A stretch of DNA of 64,000 bases, taken from the IMG/VR virus record IMGVR_UViG_3300021961_000065, positions 10,814-74,813 of that record; one strand, given 5' to 3'. Position numbers and translations under genes: made by a program. The notes below the pieces were generated by a model, which saw only the letters and a list, made by a program, of their open reading frames with translations, did no database searches and was not told the origin of the DNA. The DNA comes from a virus. How positions within the stretch are numbered: the stretch's first letter is position 1; each line of letters starts with the position of its first letter. Below, piece by piece: positions 28,718 through 38,101 of the stretch.

Positions 28718-29594
28718 TAAAAACATAGCTAAGATTATTACTGATCGAATCTTAGAAGAACTTAAGAAAGATCCAGGTCAATGGATTAAATCTTGGTCTG
28801 CTGCTAATCGTCCAGTTAATTTAGTAACAGGTCGTGAATACACAGGCTGTAATTGGCTATGGTTATCTATGATGCAAGGTCACGAAGGTAACGATACTAA
28901 TGAATGGTGTACTTATAACCAAGCTAAAGAATTAACAGGTCTTGACTATCCAATTAAGAAAGGTAGTAAAGGGCAACCAGTTATTCTTTACAAACCACAA
29001 AAGATTGCAACACTTGATAAAAAACAAAACAAAATGAAAGACAAAGTTGTTCCTTTAATGCGAGTGTTTCAGGTATTTAATCGTAGTCATATCATTGATT
29101 TACCACCACGAGAAATACCAAATGAAGAAGAAAACAAACTAGAAAAAGTAGAAGTGTTTGTTAATCATCACAAGTTAAACTTAAAGAATGGTTTTGATCA
29201 CGCTTGTTTTATACCAAGTAAAGATGAAATTCACATGCCATACATTACAAACTTTAAGTCAACAGAAGATTACTATGCTACGCTTCTACATGAAATGACA
29301 CACTGGACTGGTCATGAGAAACGACTTGATCGTAAACTTAAAACTAGTTATGGTACAGAAGCTTATGCTTTTGAAGAATTAGTTGCAGAGTTAGGTGCAG
29401 CTATGTTATGTAATCATCTTAATATTCAAGGTAAACTACAACACACAGAGTATATTGCTAGTTGGCTAAAGGTATTACAGAATGATGAAAAGGCTGTGTT
29501 ACGTGCATCAGCACAAGCACAAAAAGCATTTGATTATATTGTAGGAGTTACTAATGACAAAACAACAGCAAACGTGGTTAATGCACCTGCTTGA
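28698..29594 (+). CDS. ardC: ArdC-like antirestriction ssDNA-binding protein with zincin-like domain
   Basis: W.K.W..P.N..TGR.Y.G.N N-domain, YYATLLHE..HWTGH..RL.R, YAFEELVAELGA, YI.SWL..L. Confidence 0.88.
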   Translation: MMQGVNSKNIAKIITDRILEELKKDPGQWIKSWSAANRPVNLVTGREYTGCNWLWLSMMQGHEGNDTNEWCTYNQAKELTGLDYPIKKGSKGQPVILYKPQKIATLDKKQNKMKDKVVPLMRVFQVFNRSHIIDLPPREIPNEEENKLEKVEVFVNHHKLNLKNGFDHACFIPSKDEIHMPYITNFKSTEDYYATLLHEMTHWTGHEKRLDRKLKTSYGTEAYAFEELVAELGAAMLCNHLNIQGKLQHTEYIASWLKVLQNDEKAVLRASAQAQKAFDYIVGVTNDKTTANVVNAPA

Positions 29595-29742
29595 TTTTGA
29601 ACAACAACGAATGTCATTTTCAGGCAGGTTATATTTAATTAAATTAGCTGAATCTATGGATATAGATGTACAAACAGATGTTGAAGATTTGTATGCAGAA
29701 TATCCTGAACAATTTATGCAAATTACTGGAGGTATGCTATGA
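29554..29742 (+). CDS. Hypothetical protein
   Basis: AGGAG RBS; in-operon. Confidence 0.55.
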   Translation: MTKQQQTWLMHLLDFEQQRMSFSGRLYLIKLAESMDIDVQTDVEDLYAEYPEQFMQITGGML

Positions 29743-29921
29743 ATAGACAGATCAGAGAACATCGAGTAAAAGAAGCATTAGCATCATTAGAGATAGAAGG
29801 ATTAAAGATTAGTGATTATTGTCAATCACAAATCAAGGAATACATCGAGGGGCGCATGACACACAAGATGTTATTACAGATGCTAGATGAATGGTATTTA
29901 ACGGAGGTCGTTAAACGTTAA
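29739..29921 (+). CDS. VbhA-family (Fic antitoxin-like) protein
   Basis: ALASLEIEGL matches the (S/T)xxxE(G/N) inhibitory motif; also YIEG.MT; 60 aa; GGAGG RBS. Confidence 0.65.
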   Translation: MNRQIREHRVKEALASLEIEGLKISDYCQSQIKEYIEGRMTHKMLLQMLDEWYLTEVVKR

Positions 29922-30229
29922 ACATTAAGGAGAAATTTATGAAAACTGTGTGGGCTATCTTTACTGATGAAGATAGATTAGATAGTATATGGGCTAATAG
30001 AACTAGTGCTGATGCCTATGTTAAACAAGAAGAAAAGAAAGATCCTGGAGTTGAGTTATATCCTTGGGAACTTCCATTAAACAACTGGAGTAAATAATTA
30101 TGACATTTGCAACTGATTTACTAGATGAGTTTTGTATAGAAGCAGGATTTGTAGACTGGGAAATTGTTAGATTGTCTGATGAATCCCCTTACTATGGAGA
30201 CTATGTTGTTAGATTTATAGAAGGACCTA

Positions 30230-30258
30230 TTGACAACTAAAAGATTTTCTGTTAGAAT
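30230..30258 (+). promoter_or_regulatory. Sigma70-type promoter
   Basis: TTGACA-N17-TAGAAT with TGn extension. Confidence 0.75.
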
Positions 30259-30273
30259 GGAATTTTATTTCAT

Positions 30274-30477
30274 ATGAAAGCAGTTCCTATGAGATGTCTA
30301 GCTTGCAATAAAGAGCTCTCAGACTTCGAAGCTACAAGAAAATCTACTCAAACAGGTGAATATATAGACTTATGTAATACGTGTTATCGTACTATTAAAG
30401 ATGTAATATTGCCTCAAGAACGTGAAGACTTACGAGATGTAATAGAAGATGATGATGAAGAAAATGGGGAGTACTAA
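30274..30477 (+). CDS. Small zinc-finger protein
   Basis: RCLACN...DLCNTC with acidic tail. Confidence 0.7.
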   Translation: MKAVPMRCLACNKELSDFEATRKSTQTGEYIDLCNTCYRTIKDVILPQEREDLRDVIEDDDEENGEY

Positions 30478-30487
30478 ACTCCCCTTT
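30461..30487. terminator. Probable bidirectional terminator between the Zn-finger gene and pqqA
   Basis: AAAAT-GGGGAGT-ACTAA-ACTCCCC-TTT at the convergence point. Confidence 0.65.
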
Positions 30488-30491
30488 GATA

Positions 30492-30563
30492 TTACTTGTT
30501 ACATACGTACATAGTAACTTCAAAACCAAATCTCATTTCTGTTGCTGATGGTTTAGTCCACAT
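30492..30563 (-). CDS. pqqA: Pyrroloquinoline quinone precursor peptide PqqA (23 aa)
   Basis: Hand translation MWTKPSATEMRFGFEVTMYVCNK, with the conserved W..P....R.GFEVT.Y pattern (E-x3-Y). GGAG RBS 7 nt upstream. Confidence 0.95.
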   Translation of the reverse strand: MWTKPSATEMRFGFEVTMYVCNK

Positions 30564-30674
30564 AATGTTTCTCCATTTAGTTGATTAATATACTTTTTTA
30601 GTATATAATAATATTATACTATAAATACGATATAGTGTAATCAGTACGATCTTGATAAGGAGCTAAGTTAAATC

Positions 30675-31373
30675 ATGAGTGCTTTTTTACAGCATTTACC
30701 CTGTCCTAATTGTGGTAGTAAAGACAATCTAGGTGAGTATGAAGATCATTTCTTCTGCTTTGGATGTCGTTATCACAAACATAAATCAGACACAAAATCA
30801 TTAAGAAAACGAATAACTGTTAAACAAGAAACAGTGTATACTCCTGTCCAGGACATGGAGTTAACAGATGAACTACCTTCTGTTGCAAAACAATGGCTAT
30901 TGAAGTATGGCATTACAATGGAAGATGCTAAAGAATATAATTTACAATGGAATCCTAATATGAATATGCTAATGTTATTAAAAACAAAATACTATTGGCA
31001 AGCAAGATTATTTGATAAAGCTAAACCAAAGTATTTATCTAAAGGAAAGAAACCTGTACAAATATATGGATATGGTACAGAACGAGTTACACTATGTGAA
31101 GACATAATTTCTGCTATCAAGTTAGCTCGAGTCTCTCCTGAGATGTGTGCTTCTCCTCTTCTAGGAAGCACAATCTCTTTCGAGGCCCTTCGCTTTTATA
31201 AGAAAAAATATAACAGAATCACAATATGGCTTGATCGAGATAAAGCTAAAGAAGCAATAAAGATAAGTAAATTGTTTCAACAATATGGAACTAAGAGTGA
31301 TGTTATTATTACTCCTCTTGATCCAAAAGAATACAATAGAACGGAGCTTAGAGAATGGTTGAATTACAGATAA
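30675..31373 (+). CDS. DNA primase (Zn finger + TOPRIM)
   Basis: CPNCGS.D..CFGC, LCED..SA and WLD.D motifs. Confidence 0.88.
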   Translation: MSAFLQHLPCPNCGSKDNLGEYEDHFFCFGCRYHKHKSDTKSLRKRITVKQETVYTPVQDMELTDELPSVAKQWLLKYGITMEDAKEYNLQWNPNMNMLMLLKTKYYWQARLFDKAKPKYLSKGKKPVQIYGYGTERVTLCEDIISAIKLARVSPEMCASPLLGSTISFEALRFYKKKYNRITIWLDRDKAKEAIKISKLFQQYGTKSDVIITPLDPKEYNRTELREWLNYR

Positions 31374-32602
31374 TAAGATTATTCTGTGTAAATAAAGATG
31401 AGTATAGTCGTTACTATAAATACGTTGATACGACTTACATGAAAAACAATTATCCTTTGTTACATAAATTGTTTCAAATGGTATTTAGTTTCTATGATAA
31501 ATATGATAAAGATAACATTACACCTAATGAACTCTTTACAATGTATCAAGCTAACTATATTACAGATGAATCAGAACAAAAAGAAATAAAAGAACTTATT
31601 GATACCATCTTTGATTCTGAAGAAAACACAGCTATACGAGATTTATTACAGACACATAAAAGACGTGCTCTTGCAGGTAACCTTGCTAAAGTAGCTTTAG
31701 ATGTAGAAGAAGGTAAAGTAGAAGCTGAAAAACTACAGGAACTTTTTAGTGACTTTGAATTACAAGCAGTAAATGAACAAGAAATTAATGGCTGCACAGA
31801 TGATTTATCAGACTTATTACATCAACAATTTGATGAAGTGGGGCTTCGTTGGAGACTTAACTTCTTAAATAAATCATTAGGTAGTCTACGTCAAGGAGAC
31901 TTTGGCTTTATCTTTGCTAGACCTGAAACAGGTAAAACTACTTTCTTAGCTTCAGAAGTATCTAATATGATAAAATATACAGACAAAGAAATACATTGGT
32001 TTCATAACGAAGAGGGTGCACGTAAAGTGCAAACTCGAGTCTATCAAGCAGTGCTTGGAGTTACAACACAACAACTAAAGAAACACGAAGAACGTTGTAA
32101 ACAAAAGTATTATGAAGAAACATATAAAGATGGACAGAAAAGAATCTTTATACATGATGTTAATGAATCTTCACACATCAAAGTAATTGAAGGAATCTTA
32201 AAACAAAAGAACCCCGGGCTTATAATACTTGATCAAATTGATAAGATAAAAGGATTTAAAGCAGATCGTAATGATCTTGAATTAAAAGTATTATATCAAT
32301 GGGCTAGGGAACTTTGTAAAAAGTATGCTCCAGTTATTGCCGTCTCCCAAGCTAGTGGTGAGGCAGAGGGTGTACCATTTCTAACAATGGATATGGTAGA
32401 CTCATCCAAGACAGCCAAACAAGGAGAGGCTGATTGGATTCTAGGTATAGGTAAGGATAAAGATAATACCTCTCGTATAAGGTATCTAAATATCACTAAA
32501 AATAAGCTCCTTGGTGATAGCGATTCCTTACCTGCACTTAGACATGGTAGTGCTAGAGTACTAATTAAACCTGAGGTAGCTCAATATGAAGACATCGTTT
32601 AG
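31355..32602 (+). CDS. DnaB-like replicative helicase
   Basis: ARPETGKTT Walker A, IILDQ and SQ motifs. Confidence 0.9.
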   Translation: MVELQIIRLFCVNKDEYSRYYKYVDTTYMKNNYPLLHKLFQMVFSFYDKYDKDNITPNELFTMYQANYITDESEQKEIKELIDTIFDSEENTAIRDLLQTHKRRALAGNLAKVALDVEEGKVEAEKLQELFSDFELQAVNEQEINGCTDDLSDLLHQQFDEVGLRWRLNFLNKSLGSLRQGDFGFIFARPETGKTTFLASEVSNMIKYTDKEIHWFHNEEGARKVQTRVYQAVLGVTTQQLKKHEERCKQKYYEETYKDGQKRIFIHDVNESSHIKVIEGILKQKNPGLIILDQIDKIKGFKADRNDLELKVLYQWARELCKKYAPVIAVSQASGEAEGVPFLTMDMVDSSKTAKQGEADWILGIGKDKDNTSRIRYLNITKNKLLGDSDSLPALRHGSARVLIKPEVAQYEDIV

Positions 32603-32715
32603 TAAAAGAGAATGTAATATTTGTGGTGAGCCTGCTCTTATATGGTATAAAAACAAATGGTGGTGTGCTTTTTGTACAAGTATGGGTGAATTTAATATGA
32701 AAGGATATTGTAAAC

Positions 32716-32976
32716 ATGAGAAGACTGATGATAACGATCCATCGTGATTATGATGCAACAAATGATATAACTAATCCTACTATGAAAAAGATATATTCAT
32801 ATATGCAAAGAGGTAAAACATATACTCGTAAAGATATAGCAAAAGACCTGTCCCTACCTGTTCCTACAGTGACAGCTAGGGTTTCAGATCTTCTGATGAA
32901 ACATTATATAACAGAGACCCCTACTGTATGGGATGAAAAATCTAAAAGATATATAGGAGGCTTCCAAAGATTATGA
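32716..32976 (+). CDS. Winged-HTH DNA-binding protein
   Basis: TRKDIAKDLSLPVPTVTARVSDL. Confidence 0.7.
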   Translation: MRRLMITIHRDYDATNDITNPTMKKIYSYMQRGKTYTRKDIAKDLSLPVPTVTARVSDLLMKHYITETPTVWDEKSKRYIGGFQRL

Positions 32977-34127
32977 ATGTATTAACAATAGATGTAGAAA
33001 CTACCATATCAAATAAAGGTAATCCTTTTGATACAACTAATAAATTAGTATATGTAGGATGTAAAGATAACGAGCAACCTACTAAAGTATTTAGTATTGA
33101 ATACAATCAAGAACCTTATAAAGATAAACTTAATAAGATTCAAGCTATGATAAATGATGTTGATTGGTTAGTAGGTTTTAATATTAAATTTGATTTATCT
33201 TGGTTAAAAAGATATGGAATTAAATTTGATCACAAAAGAATATGGGATTGTCAGTTAGCTCACTTTATTATGACAGGACAAGAAAAACCATATCCTAGTT
33301 TAAATGGAGTCTGTGAACATCACGGACTTGAACAAAAGATAGATATTATTAAAGAGCAGTATTGGTCTAATGGCATTGACACTCCAAATATACCAGAAGA
33401 ATTATTACAAGACTATCTTAAAAAAGATGTAGACTTAACAAGAGAAGTTTATAAAAAACAAATGTATGTATTATATAAAGATACTAATCAAGCTAATCTT
33501 ATACAATTACATTTTAGAGATTTAGCAGTGCTTCAAGAAATGGAATACAATGGGATGTTATATGATCAACAAAGGAGTAAAATACTTGGTGATGAATTGG
33601 ATGAACAAATTGGGAAACTGGATAGACGACTGTACGATTTACATGGATTGGATTCTTTTAACCCTTCTAGCGTGGATCACCTTAATGCTTTCCTTTATGG
33701 TGGGAGGCTTAGCTTCCGTCGTAAAGTACCTGATGGTGTTTACAAGACGGGGGCTCGTAAAGGTGAACCAAAGGAAAAATGGGAAACGTATGAAGTAGAA
33801 TTACCACAACGTTGTAAACCTATTGCAGGATCTGAACTAAAAAAAGATGGATTATATTCAGTAGATGATAGTACAATTAAAAGATTAAAAGGAGCAAAAG
33901 ATATTCGTGATTTAATACTAACAAGAGCTACATTACAGAAACGACTTACAGCATACTATAGAGGCTTAGATGAACTTATCACAGAAAATAATTGGAAACA
34001 AAACAAACTACATGGAGTCCTCAACCAATGTGTTGCTAGAACAGGACGACTCTCAAGTAGTAAACCCAACTTACAAAACTTTGATTCAGAAATTAAAGGC
34101 TTGCTTTACAGTAGATATGAGTCATAG
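32973..34127 (+). CDS. Family A DNA polymerase, N-terminal part (3'-5' exonuclease and thumb)
   Basis: IDVET, GFNIKFD and Y...DV exonuclease motifs; ends just after TGRLSS.KPNLQN. Confidence 0.92.
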   Translation: MNVLTIDVETTISNKGNPFDTTNKLVYVGCKDNEQPTKVFSIEYNQEPYKDKLNKIQAMINDVDWLVGFNIKFDLSWLKRYGIKFDHKRIWDCQLAHFIMTGQEKPYPSLNGVCEHHGLEQKIDIIKEQYWSNGIDTPNIPEELLQDYLKKDVDLTREVYKKQMYVLYKDTNQANLIQLHFRDLAVLQEMEYNGMLYDQQRSKILGDELDEQIGKLDRRLYDLHGLDSFNPSSVDHLNAFLYGGRLSFRRKVPDGVYKTGARKGEPKEKWETYEVELPQRCKPIAGSELKKDGLYSVDDSTIKRLKGAKDIRDLILTRATLQKRLTAYYRGLDELITENNWKQNKLHGVLNQCVARTGRLSSSKPNLQNFDSEIKGLLYSRYES

Positions 34128-34374
34128 TAAAAAAGTAACAGTAGCTATTACAGGCATTGATGATTATTTTCGTAATAATTGTCCTCGCTCTGAAAGATTA
34201 AAAGATCTTTATGAACATATAGAACGCAAAGGATTAAATGTAGCCTGGGCAGAATATGTATCTAAAGATATAGAAGATCTTATTATGATAGAAGGACCTG
34301 AATTTTTACTTAAACATATGTCTGTTAGTGCTAAAGATAAACTAATAAAGTACATGAAAAAGAGGTATCTTTAA
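34117..34374 (+). CDS. Hypothetical protein between the two polymerase genes
   Basis: In-frame ATG at 34117 within track ORF 33970-34374; TAATG coupling to the next gene. Confidence 0.55.
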   Translation: MSHSKKVTVAITGIDDYFRNNCPRSERLKDLYEHIERKGLNVAWAEYVSKDIEDLIMIEGPEFLLKHMSVSAKDKLIKYMKKRYL

Positions 34375-35099
34375 TGTTATTACAAGCAGATGCAAAACAA
34401 CTAGAGTGGGTAGGTGCTGCTTATTTATCTCAAGATCCTGTAGCTATTAATGAAATATGGGGATCAGTAGATATGCACAGTGATAATCAAAAACGATTTG
34501 GTCTACCTAGTAGATTGATTGCTAAGACTTTCGTGTTTAGATTAATCTATGGAGGCAGTGCTTATAGTTATGCACATGATCCTAACTTTATGTCAATAGG
34601 TAGTGAAAAGTATTGGCAAACTATTATAGATAACTTTTATGATAAATATAAAAGATTAGGTGAATGGCATAAAGAAATCTATGAAGAAGCAGTTCGTGAA
34701 CGTAGATTAGTAATGCCAACAAATAGAGTCTATAACTTTGAATCTGAAGTTAAAGGCAATAAAGTATATTATCCACGTACTAAGATATTAAACTATCCTG
34801 TACAAGGATTAGGCGCAGATCTTATGGCGATTGCTCGTGTGTCGTTAATGACTAAACTACGTGAGATGAAAGACATAGTTATGGTTAATACAGTACATGA
34901 TTCAATAATACTTGATTTTAATTCAAAAGTATGGGATAATATACATATAGTCAATTTAGTTGACAAATGTTTCAATGAAGTTCCAGATAACTTTCACAAA
35001 TTATTTGGGAAAGAGTTTAACTTACCTATGAGAGTCGAGTGTCAAGTAGGACCCACATGGGGATCAATGGAGATAATAAATGCAGATAAACGTAATTGA
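34374..35099 (+). CDS. Family A DNA polymerase, C-terminal catalytic part
   Basis: Motif A DAKQLE, motif B R..AKT..F..IYG, NYPVQG, motif C VHDS. Confidence 0.92.
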   Translation: MLLQADAKQLEWVGAAYLSQDPVAINEIWGSVDMHSDNQKRFGLPSRLIAKTFVFRLIYGGSAYSYAHDPNFMSIGSEKYWQTIIDNFYDKYKRLGEWHKEIYEEAVRERRLVMPTNRVYNFESEVKGNKVYYPRTKILNYPVQGLGADLMAIARVSLMTKLREMKDIVMVNTVHDSIILDFNSKVWDNIHIVNLVDKCFNEVPDNFHKLFGKEFNLPMRVECQVGPTWGSMEIINADKRN

Positions 35100-35616
35100 T
35101 GTAGGACAACCAACCACTCATGCTAGTGCTAATGGTAGATCATATGAAATGATTGAAGTTGCATACAAGAATGAGAACGGGCAAATTCAACAAAAGAAGT
35201 TAATGTCATTCAAAAACCCTGACGTTTACAAACAAGCTTTAACATGGGAGAAAGGTGCAACAGTCCATATACAAGCTGAGAAAAACGAAAAAGGTTATTG
35301 GGAATGGATTGGCTTAGGAGATGTACCAGTAGCTAGTGCATCACCATCATCACAACCTAGTAAATCTAATAGCAATACTAGAGTTACTGGTTCTAACTAT
35401 GAAACCAAAGAAGAACGTGCAGCACGACAAGTAATGATTGTTCGGCAGTCATCTATCTCTTCAGCAGTCAGTGCTTTAACAGCAAGTAATAATGTTCCTT
35501 CAAGCAACGACATTCTATCTCTTGCAAAAGAGTTTGAAGATTATGTTATGGGTAATACTACTGTTAACAAAGCTGATGGTGGAATAGATAACTTTGAGGA
35601 TGATGTTCCTTTTTAG
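35080..35616 (+). CDS. Putative ssDNA-binding protein
   Basis: Acidic C-terminus FEDDVPF; position in the replication module. Confidence 0.6.
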   Translation: MQINVIDVGQPTTHASANGRSYEMIEVAYKNENGQIQQKKLMSFKNPDVYKQALTWEKGATVHIQAEKNEKGYWEWIGLGDVPVASASPSSQPSKSNSNTRVTGSNYETKEERAARQVMIVRQSSISSAVSALTASNNVPSSNDILSLAKEFEDYVMGNTTVNKADGGIDNFEDDVPF

Positions 35617-35633
35617 GGACATCTTCTTTCATT

Positions 35634-36329
35634 ATGTTAGCTCTAATTGATATGGATATAGTATGCTATCGTTGTGCTGCTTCAGCAGAAAACAATGATC
35701 TAGGAATAGCTATATACAGACAGAATGAATTACTTGATCAGATATTAGAGATGACAGGAGCTACAGCATATAAAGCTTACCTATCAGGTCAAAAGAACTT
35801 TCGTAAACAAATCTACCCAGAATATAAAGCTAATAGAAAGCAACCTAAACCTATACATCTGGATAACTGTAGAGACTATGCGATGCAGGAACAAAATGCA
35901 GAACTCGCACCTATAGGATTAGAAGCAGATGATGCTCTAGGAATAAATCAGACTAAAGACACAGTAATTTGTAGTTTAGATAAGGATCTATTACAGATCC
36001 CTGGACAACATTACTCATGGGAAATTAGTGGTAAAGGATGGAAAAAACCACACATATTCAGAGAAATTACTGAAATAGAAGGACTTAAACTATTCTATGA
36101 ACAATGCCTTAAAGGAGATCGAACAGACAATATACGAGGCATAGAAAAGATTGGAGATAAAAAAGCAAACTTAATATTAAAACCATACACAACAGAACTA
36201 GAAATGTTTAATGTAGTCAGAGATATGTATGGTAATGATGAAGAGTTTTTAATGAACGCTAATTGTTTATGGATATTACGAGATGAAAACGAAACGTTTA
36301 CAGAACGCTTTGCCAAACTTCAAAAGTAA
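35634..36329 (+). CDS. 5'-3' exonuclease (T7 gp6/FEN-like)
   Basis: ID.D, YKANR, EADD, DKDL.Q and GD..DNI.G...IG motifs. Confidence 0.92.
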   Translation: MLALIDMDIVCYRCAASAENNDLGIAIYRQNELLDQILEMTGATAYKAYLSGQKNFRKQIYPEYKANRKQPKPIHLDNCRDYAMQEQNAELAPIGLEADDALGINQTKDTVICSLDKDLLQIPGQHYSWEISGKGWKKPHIFREITEIEGLKLFYEQCLKGDRTDNIRGIEKIGDKKANLILKPYTTELEMFNVVRDMYGNDEEFLMNANCLWILRDENETFTERFAKLQK

Positions 36330-36693
36330 ATTTGAACGTAGTATTTGGGAACAGTTAATAAAAGAATACAAGACTTGTCAGTATGAATGTGACTCGTACA
36401 AATACGAACAACCTGTTATTATAAGAACCTACACTCCTGACTTTAAGACAGGTAAACATAAAGTATACTTAGAAACAAAAGGTAAATTAGATTTAGAGAC
36501 TCGTAAGAAAATGATATGGTTTAAAGAATGTAATCCTAATGTACGGATTATATTTTTATTTCAAAATGCTGATGTTAAACTACGTAAAGGTAGTAAAACA
36601 TCTTATAGTGAATGGGCAACAAAGAATAACTTTGAATGGTTAGATGCTAGAAAGGATTGGATAAGTGCATATAAAGAAATGCTCAAAGAATAA
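36283..36693 (+). CDS. Endonuclease I / Holliday junction resolvase (T7 gp3-like)
   Basis: SKFE, YTPDF and ETKG motifs. Confidence 0.88.
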   Translation: MKTKRLQNALPNFKSKFERSIWEQLIKEYKTCQYECDSYKYEQPVIIRTYTPDFKTGKHKVYLETKGKLDLETRKKMIWFKECNPNVRIIFLFQNADVKLRKGSKTSYSEWATKNNFEWLDARKDWISAYKEMLKE

Positions 36694-36862
36694 AGATGGT
36701 TCATTTAAATTTGAAGTTGAAGTGAACAAAGATGAAGCTGCCTATTTGTTTAATTATGCTCTTAATGATTTAATAAAAGCAGGGTTTATGCACGTAGATT
36801 TAATTACTGAAGCTGAATATGAGCTTAATTTATTTAGAGAAGATGGAGGAGATCTATCATGA
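36665..36862 (+). CDS. Hypothetical protein
   Basis: In-operon ORF. Confidence 0.5.
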   Translation: MHIKKCSKNKDGSFKFEVEVNKDEAAYLFNYALNDLIKAGFMHVDLITEAEYELNLFREDGGDLS

Positions 36863-37620
36863 AACATTTAGTGATACCTGATTGTCAAGTTAAACCTAAA
36901 GTAGATATATCTTATTTATATTGTATTGGTAACTATATAGTGGCTAAACAACCTGATGTTATTGTATGTATAGGTGACTTTGCTGATATGCCTAGCTTAT
37001 CAAGTTATGATACAAATAAGAAATCATTTGAAGGACGTACATACAAAGCAGATGTTAAATCTGTTCACACAGGAATGGAACTACTTTTAGGTCCTTTATG
37101 GGAGTATCAAGATAGACAACGTAAAGATAAAAAGAAGATGTACAGACCTCGTATGATATTGACGTTAGGTAATCATGAAGATAGAATAGATAGAGCGATT
37201 AACACAGATCGTAAACTTGAAGATTTAATTAGTATAGGAGATCTAAACTATGAACACTATGGTTGGGAGGTGTATCCTTTTCTTGACGTGGTTGTGGTCG
37301 ATGGTGTTGCTTACTCACATTATTTTGCAAGTGGTGTCATGGGAAGACCAGTTACATCAGCACAAGCTCTCATTAATAAAAAGCACATGTCATGCTTTGC
37401 AGGACACCAACAAGGACGACAAATTGCCTATGCAAGAAAAGCAGATGGCACTGAAATTACTTGTATTATAGCAGGTAGTTGTTATCTACATAATGAAGAC
37501 TATCTATCTTCACAAGGTAATAATCACTGGAGAGGGATCTATATGTTACATGAAGTAGATAATGGGGCTTTCGATGAGATGGCAGTTAGTTTAAGATATT
37601 TAATGAAGGAGTATAAGTAA
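36859..37620 (+). CDS. Calcineurin-like metallophosphoesterase
   Basis: IPD.Q, GDFAD, GNHE and GH motifs. Confidence 0.85.
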   Translation: MKHLVIPDCQVKPKVDISYLYCIGNYIVAKQPDVIVCIGDFADMPSLSSYDTNKKSFEGRTYKADVKSVHTGMELLLGPLWEYQDRQRKDKKKMYRPRMILTLGNHEDRIDRAINTDRKLEDLISIGDLNYEHYGWEVYPFLDVVVVDGVAYSHYFASGVMGRPVTSAQALINKKHMSCFAGHQQGRQIAYARKADGTEITCIIAGSCYLHNEDYLSSQGNNHWRGIYMLHEVDNGAFDEMAVSLRYLMKEYK

Positions 37621-37922
37621 TGCACCCATTAGAAACAATATATAAAAAAGCAGTAGAACAAGTTACAAGTGGAAAAGGTAATGAAAGACATGGTGATGGT
37701 GATGACTTTATGTTACAGCCTTGGGTTAACATTACTAGACTACATGGACGTGGTTTTCTAACAGGACAGGCACAGAAGAAACTAGAAGAGGCAGTCCGTA
37801 ATCGAGTCGGTCATAACTACGACTGGTATGAGCGTGAGTTACTTGGTGCTATCAATTACTTAGCTATGGCATTACTTGCTGAATATGAGATTGGTAAAAG
37901 TACTACGGAGGAACTACATTGA
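37620..37922 (+). CDS. Conserved phage hypothetical protein
   Basis: GKG.ERH..F..QP..GQA.KK..E..ELLGAINY motif. Confidence 0.65.
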   Translation: MHPLETIYKKAVEQVTSGKGNERHGDGDDFMLQPWVNITRLHGRGFLTGQAQKKLEEAVRNRVGHNYDWYERELLGAINYLAMALLAEYEIGKSTTEELH

Positions 37923-38101
37923 TTACTATTGAAGAATTAGCTGAACAGCTAGAAACATTTAGTGAGGTAGACTTACTAGAGATACTAGACATTGATTCAA
38001 AAGAATTAATTGCTAGGTTTATAGATAAGATAGAAGATAAGTATGAAGATCTTGTATCTGAATTTACTATTGATTTAAATGAGGAGAATGAGGATGATTA
38101 A
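37919..38101 (+). CDS. Small acidic hypothetical protein
   Basis: In-operon, upstream of the RNR gene. Confidence 0.55.
   Translation: MITIEELAEQLETFSEVDLLEILDIDSKELIARFIDKIEDKYEDLVSEFTIDLNEENEDD

Noticed and set aside
34128-34373. Group I intron or homing endonuclease inside the polymerase gene
   Set aside because: The interval is fully occupied by a short coupled ORF with no HNH, GIY-YIG or LAGLIDADG motif, leaving no room for an intron core.
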